From: Azolla caroliniana
Lineage: Eukaryota; Plantae; Polypodiophyta
Assembly (NCBI GenBank): GCA_043228905.1
Contig: JBHGNT010000006.1
Span: forward strand, 3,968,001-4,032,000
DNA length: 64,000 nucleotides
Reading direction: 5' to 3'
The translations under genes were made by a program, and so were the position numbers. The notes under the pieces are model-generated. The model searched no databases. It saw nothing but the letters and a program-made list of their open reading frames with translations, and was not told the DNA's origin. How positions within the stretch are numbered: the first letter of the stretch is position 1; each line of letters opens with the position of its first letter. Below, in pieces: positions 57,619 to 64,000 of this stretch.

Positions 57619-60211
57619 CTCGTACATTTGGGCAGGCCCCGTGTAGTTCCTTCGTGGCGTGCGTCGTCGCTCATATTTTCCACCCGTGATTGGTGTTGAT
57701 CGGCCACTTACCCTTCTTGTAGAAGTCCATGAACATCAAGTTGATCTCCGAACCGTGGTCTACCAACACCACCACCGGCTCCTAGACGTCTCCGATCCGA
57801 ATGTGGGTCTCCGTAGTGGCTCTAGCCCAATGCAGCCTCGAATAGTGGCTTTCCGCCAACTCGTCCTCCAGGGCCATATCTTCCAGGTGCACCGTTCGCA
57901 CCTCCACCGGCTTCTCCGGCTCTAGCTCCGTTGAAAACCGTTTCCACTTCACCAAGTCCACGATGGAGTCGTGGAACTCCTTCTTGGCGATCCCAAGCAC
58001 TTCCCTTAACGACAACTCCACCTTGTTGTCGAGGATTCGTTCCTCCAGGACCTTTCATAGATCCGTCGTCCTTTCTATCTCTGTGCTCAGCCAGTGACCG
58101 GCCTTCTTTGTCTTGTCCGGTGCGCCGGCGGTATCGGCGTCATTCTGCTTCGGCCCGAACCGAGTCTCGCACCGCTACGAGGGTTCGGCCCCTCCGGCTT
58201 TTCTCGCACGTTTGTCCTCTACCAGAACCTCGTAGTTCTGGGACGCAACTTCCACGAAGCCGGTCTTTTCCTCGACCGGATCGTCCCACCCGGTGACCTC
58301 CCAGACTTGCCTTTCCGCGCGGTCCGCTTCCTCCTTCCTTAGCCGCACGCCGGCGAGGCTTTCTAGCATCAACGACCAGAACCCGGAGTCCTTCGTCCTT
58401 CGGCCTTCGTCACTCCTGACCCGGATTCCTGCCAACGCGAAGTAGTGGATGGTCTTCGCATGGCGCGCCGCCGCTTCTTCCATCAATTGCGTCATTCCTC
58501 TACGTCTGATGTTCAACTCCAGGGCTCTTCAAGTCTCGCTAGCATGCACCCGCCCGTTCCACAAGTACACCACATTAGCCCTAAGCGCTTCCGCAAAGTC
58601 CCCGCAGTCCTTCCGAATGTGACCGACCGCGTCACACCACAAGCACTGATGCCCAGCCGGAGGCCTTCGGTCGCGAGGCTCCTCGTTGTCGCCCCTCCTT
58701 GCCTCTGCAATCTGGAGATCTCGTACCATCTGCATCAGCTCTTCCAAAGCCGCTCCTCCGGAAGGGCCTTCGACCACGTTGGTCGATGTCGAGCCTGTCT
58801 CGAGCCAATCCCGGGTATCCTCCCTTCACGTTGGCAGGGGTCCCTCGAGCTTTCTTGCCGCAACAAATCCTGCCCCCGATGAGCCCTTGTCACCCCACTC
58901 ACGCCGTTTGTAGAAACGGCCGTAGACTCTTTTCACTATGGCCCAGTCGATCGTCAGGCCATCGTCTGTCTCCAACAGGAGACCCACTTGCTCCCGATCC
59001 CGCACGTCCACAACCTTGACAAACAACAGAACTCGGCTCGTATCTAGTATGGTCCTGTCCAATGCCGAGAGCCGTGCAAAGCATTCCTCAAACTCCGGAG
59101 GAGCACTGACGCGTTTCTCCCCTTTTCGGGTGGGTGTCTCCACCCACTCCATGAAGTCCCACTTCGATAGCCGAAGCGCGTCATCAAGATCGTACTTCTC
59201 AAGGACCAACCTTCGAATTCTTCCCAGGTCTGGCACTCAGCCCGCACCTCGAGCACCTCCGCGTGGATGCCCGGCATTGCCACCCGAGGGAATCCAGCCA
59301 CCCGCCTGTCCTCCGAAATGTCCCTCATTTCCATTTCGGAACGGTAGGCCTCCAGGTAGCTCGTGGCGTCCTTCCCACCGAACCGGCCTATTGTACCAAC
59401 AATCGCTTCGATGGCCCTATCGAGGGTGCATGTGCCCTCACGCGCACTCACTATCCGATCTATGGTAGAAGCCATGGCTTCAGCAAGCTCTGATCCCCTC
59501 ATCTTTCGATTCCTCTACCGCCTTGTTTCACATCGGGTTCACCAAATTATGTCGTGTTGTTCCACTTGCGCAGGAGAGACTAAGGCAGGACCGCGGGGGC
59601 CTTGAACCGAGGAATAACCGAAGAGAGGGAGGAGTGACGCAGGAACAATGGCCGAGCCACACACACACTCAAATACACAGAGCTCGCAACTGATTTGACA
59701 ACGGGGAAAAAAACAAGACGAATATATATATACATGATTAGAGTTACAACTGGCAGGCCAGTGAGCGACAACGCTCTAACACTCACAGGCACACACAGAA
59801 ACACGAGATGGAGACTCTGCCGGAAGCACTCGGGCTTTCCACGAACTAGAGGCAGTGTCCCGAAAACCTATAGGGTGCAACAACATAGGAAGACAAAGGA
59901 GAAGGGCTCGGTCCCGATCCGACAACACTTCGTCCTCGACAGAACGCCCTCCCGACTCTACCCCTTTCCCTCTCTTTTATAGCCCAAGGAGGGAAATACG
60001 TTAGAACCGGTCACACCACCATTATTATCTATCCTTTCGGACAGAGATACTCCTCGATTTCCTACCTAATGAATATGCGCTACCTAGGATATTTGCATCG
60101 GTTGGTCTGTACCTAACTATGTACAATACATCAAACTTTGTGTCCGTGTGTAAGGGCCGATTCACACACACTATTCCCAGATTCCGCCTCGGGACGGTTT
60201 TCTTCTCGACA
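57619..60211 (-). mobile_element. Element H: Phygy/DUF4100-like Gypsy 5' half (LTR, Trp PBS, gag, protease N-terminus), interrupted by F
   Basis: LTR 59550-60211 (starts TGTCGAGAAGAAAACC on the minus strand); PBS 59527-59544 with 1 mismatch; gag-PR homologous to D (ELSLREVLGIAKKEFHDSIVDLV, VDHGSEINLM), cut in GACPNVR. Confidence 0.92.
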
Positions 60212-62130
60212 CCGTTCTGTCAGTTCACGAACTTCATCATGGGTTCAAAAGCACGTTGTGTGTATGTGTGTTCCTCCTTTAATTTTGTGTGAGTTGTCGT
60301 GGTCGATCACGTCCATTTGATTTAGGTTCATGAGTTTTTGAAATTCTGTGGGTGCCCTCTCATTTTGTGTTTTCTTCTAGTTTTTCTTCTTCTCTCTTTC
60401 TTTCCTTGAACATCTTTGTTTTCTATTTCTTCTTCCCTTCTCTCTTTCTTTTCTTCGTCTTCTTTTCTTCTGAGGCTTCTATCTTCCATTCCTTCCTCTT
60501 CCTATTTGTTCGATCCTGTTTGTTTGTGTCAGTTTCTACTTCTACTCATTATCATTGGTTCCTCGTCCAGTGAGTTATTCGGCCTTTGCCGCTGTTTTAG
60601 GATTTCCGGCCATTTCGACATCCACGACTATTCTCTCGTCACTATCTGGTTGTGATCCGGTTGTTGGTTATTCTTGGTCGTTGATTGTCGGTTGTCCGAC
60701 CATCGCAACTTCGGTCACCGCTTCGTCGCCATCCGTCATTCCGTCCCTTAGGGCCATCTCTCCGACGCTCTGTCTGGCTTGTCTGGCCGCTCTTCGGCCG
60801 TTGTCCCAGTCGCCTTTGTCTCCATATTTGTCATTGGTGTCGGCGTTTCAGTTGCCATCTCTTTTCTTTTTCACTCGTCCATCTTCATCCGGCCCTATCT
60901 GCCGGTCTCTTTCCGGTGTTCCTATCGTCGTCGCCGGATCGTCGCTTTTCGGCGTCGGTATCGTCGTTCTGGTTGTTGTCTATTGCCATCAGTGTCGTCT
61001 CTTCTCGGTCGTACGTCTTTTTCTTTGTCTCCGTCGTTGTTCGACATCTCCGTCCAACTAGCTCCGTCCAATCCAGTATTGTCCGTTGGTCTTTGTTTGA
61101 CGTCTCCATCTTTGGCGCCGTTTCGGTCGGTGTCTATTTTTCTACCGCTTTCCACTATTCGGCCTCTGTTCGGCCGACTTAGTCTCCGGCTTGTGTCTTT
61201 CCTGTTGTGTCTCTCCGGTCTTCTTTCAGCATCATCATTATTCTTGCCTTTGGTTGTCAAGTCGTCGTCGTCACTCCAGCCCCTATCCGACCGTTCTGGA
61301 TGTTGTCCAACCACTCCGGTCACTTCTTGGCCGCCGTTCCGATCGCTTTACGGCCGCTCCATTTATGTTCATCATCATTGTCTTGTCACTTGTTCATTGC
61401 TGACGGCGTCTTCGTTCATGTTTGCCCATCCGGCCTGTTCGTCTTTGTCTTTTTGGTTCTCGCGCACCATGCTTTCCCGCACACGCACATTGTCGCTAAT
61501 TGTACGCTTCCACATACGTCTGTTGTGTATCCTTTTGGGACATCCTTTGGCACAACATCACCGTGTTGCATTCCTCGACCTCGACGGCTTCCAATCACCA
61601 TCACCATTTCCCGGACATCATCCATTTGATTTCTCACACATTATAGCCACCATTTTCGCACAACTCGTCGTTGCCATGTCTTTGTCGCGTATTAGTCTTC
61701 GACTTCGTCTCCAAAGGGGGGTTGCCTTAGTGGTCGCCAAAAAGTGTTGTAGATTTTAGGGTTAGGGTAGAGGATGATGATGATAAATGATAACGTATGT
61801 GTGATGATGATGGTGAGAGATCATGAAGATGTTGACAAGCATTGAGGGGTGGGGGGTGGTGCCTAGAATGGCTCCACCCCCCAAGGGGGTTCAACGTAAG
61901 GGAGAGAGAGAGAGAGATTGAAAGAGAAAATGTTCATTCTATTCATTTATTCCCCATAAGCAGTGGTGCCTTTTGACAACCGTTTTGACCGTTTTTGGCA
62001 AATTTAACTGTATATGAAGGTTAATTTGAAAATGAAACTGTCAATCTTGACGGGCATATATTTTATAAAAACGTAAAAATGAAGGTTTTAAATTTGTTAA
62101 TACTGTCAAATTTTGTTTAGGCCAAAACAA
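60212..62130 (-). mobile_element. Possible DNA-transposon (MULE-like) 5' end: decayed ORF with Cys-rich start and TIR-like terminus; host of element H
   Basis: Minus ORF from ATG 61677 (MATTSCAKMVAIMCEK..CPG..CCAKGCPKR) running into D/E/R/K-rich low-complexity sequence with stops; 61960-62130 has the composition of Mutator TIRs; no transposase motif visible. Confidence 0.35.
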
Positions 62131-62262
62131 TAGTACATGTATTAGTAGTTACAAATTACAATTCATAGGTTGTTGCATATAGTTTTATTTGAGAGGGTAA
62201 ATGTGTAAACATATGTTATGTGATATGATAAAGGAGAAGAAGTGCCCGGGCATATGCATAGT

Positions 62263-64000
62263 CATAGATTGACACATGCGTGATATTCGCCATATTCTCC
62301 ATGCGTGATATTCTCAATATTCGAGAATACAAAATGGCCCTAAGAATATTTAAAAACCATTCGTTTTGTAAAATAAATATACAAACAATTAATTAATTAA
62401 TTAATTTAAAAATAAACCAATTTAATTCACTAAAAAAAAGAACAATTATTCATTAATAATTTATAAAAATATGATTAGTATAAACTCTCTTTTCTAGTGT
62501 CAAATAAAAAAAGAGGAGAGTTTATGAACCTTTATTTTATTTAAATAATTGATTTTTTTATTTTTTAAAAACGAATATTTTTTTATTTACTATGGAAACA
62601 TGATTAATGTGAAGTCTCAATTTTAATGTCACGTAAAAATATCCATAAATTTTGGGAAAAGAAAAGGTGAAGAATTAATGAACCTTTCTTTTATTTTATT
62701 TATTTATTAAAAAATAAAGCGAAAAATTATTTTATTTTATTTATTTATTTGGTAAAGAATCAAGATCTCCAATGAAAATTTATTACTGTCAAGTCTCTCT
62801 CAACTCTCTATTTTATTATCCCTTTTTTATTGTTAAGTCCCCCTTTTTTTCCTAAGAAACTAAAAGGAAGGAGTTCACCTCCTTTTTTTTGCTTTTTTTT
62901 TAAACGAATACTTGACCACACGAATGTATGTGTATTCGTTTGCATTCGAATGGAAAATCCCACGAATGCGAATATGTCAATCTATGCAGCATAGTGTGAA
63001 AATAAAGTTAGGGCTTCTTCTATTTTCAACCATTCCTCTCTTTTGTTTGTTTGTTTGTTTGTTTCTCTCTCTCTCTCTCTCTCCCCACTTGCTTCTTACT
63101 TCTTTCTTGATTTCTCTCTCACTCTCTCCCTTGCTTTGATTAAGTTGTAATTCTTTCTTTCTTTCTTCTTTTTTTTCCAAAATGAATCTACTTTGCCATT
63201 AGTTAGGCAGGATTATTACAAAGAGACTATACAAGGAGGCTTATTACAAAGGAAGTGGATACCTATAGCTAAAAGTGGTGCCCTTCAATGTCGGCCAGTA
63301 CGAGCCGACACTTGGGGCCTATATTGAAGGGAGGCTACCATGTGAGTTTTTCTTTCTTTCTTTCTTTCTCGGGCTCTTTGCTTTGATCAAGTTATACTTT
63401 GTTCTTTCTTTCTTTCCCACCCTCTCTTTTACACACAAGTTATAATTGATCATTGATGGAATACATCCACAACTTTGCAACTTTGCATCTCTCACACACA
63501 AGCTATAATAGATCATTGATGTCAATGCATGTCTTCAAATTTTACATGATGCAAAGGCTTGTGAAATAGAACTCTATAGGTTTGTTGACACTTTACGTTT
63601 AAATTGTGAAGGCTATACTATGCATGAAGCTTGGCATGTGTTTTGTAAAATGAAGGATTGGCAAGATAGTTTCCCTCATTTGATGAAATTATGGCACACT
63701 ACTTTGGTCATTCCATCTAGCACGGTTTGGTGTGAGAGAGGGTTCTCTAAGCAAAATCTCATCAAGCTGATGAAAAGAAATCGATTGAATATAGAACATT
63801 TAGATGATTTAATGCAAGTCTCATTGAATGGGCCACACATTAAAGAAATACAATGAGATTGCGTATATGAAATTTGGAAAGATGCAAAGGATAGAAGGGT
63901 ATAATATATTGTTGTGTACGAATATTCGATGTATTTACTTTTTGATGGGCAATTTTTTTGACAAACCGTCGTTTGACAGGCAAAAATTTTAGAATACCGT
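62263..64000 (+). mobile_element. Internally deleted hAT DNA transposon, running off the window end; left boundary approximate
   Basis: hAT C-terminal dimerisation domain at 63620-63856; GAATATTCG-like subterminal repeats at ~62285-62330, ~62905-62975 and 63920. Confidence 0.7.
63620..63856 (+). pseudogene. hAT transposase dimerisation-domain fragment (ZNF862-like)
   Basis: FPHLMKLW...LVIPSSTVWCERGFSKQNLIK...RNRL...HLDDLMQVSLNGP. Confidence 0.85.

Noticed and set aside
60555-61759. Plus-strand ORFs up to 326 aa
   Set aside because: S/L/F/V-rich antisense shadows of a low-complexity minus-strand sequence.

Overview
Eukaryotic land-plant genomic DNA, most likely a fern or another non-seed plant (inferred from the retrotransposon lineages and gene structure). 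The left 26 kb holds three host genes: a single-exon Integrator subunit 3 (INTS3, +), a three-coding-exon DRB2/3/5-clade dsRNA-binding protein (-) with a decayed Copia element antisense in its 8.15 kb second intron, and a single-exon F-box/kelch-like gene (-). The right 38 kb is a nest of LTR retrotransposons: one Copia 5' half; five elements or halves of a Phygy/DUF4100-like Ty3/Gypsy lineage, four with a visible tRNA-Trp PBS; and two halves of an Arg-primed non-chromoviral Gypsy family with a 3' extra ORF. It also holds an old decayed Gypsy, a 100-N assembly gap with a false duplication, a possible MULE end and a deleted hAT. The strongest leads lie in the Trp-primed Gypsy elements. (1) Two diverged families share an identical G_GAU_UUU-UAG slippery site plus a covarying hairpin/pseudoknot, placing a -1 frameshift between protease and RT. 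(2) Two diverged families carry antisense tRNA-like (Pol III A/B-box, cloverleaf-arm) modules in their LTRs, followed by a conserved E2F site and RY-motif array. (3) The nest is split into left and right half-stacks joined by one TSD-less chimeric element. All calls were made by eye, without database searches.
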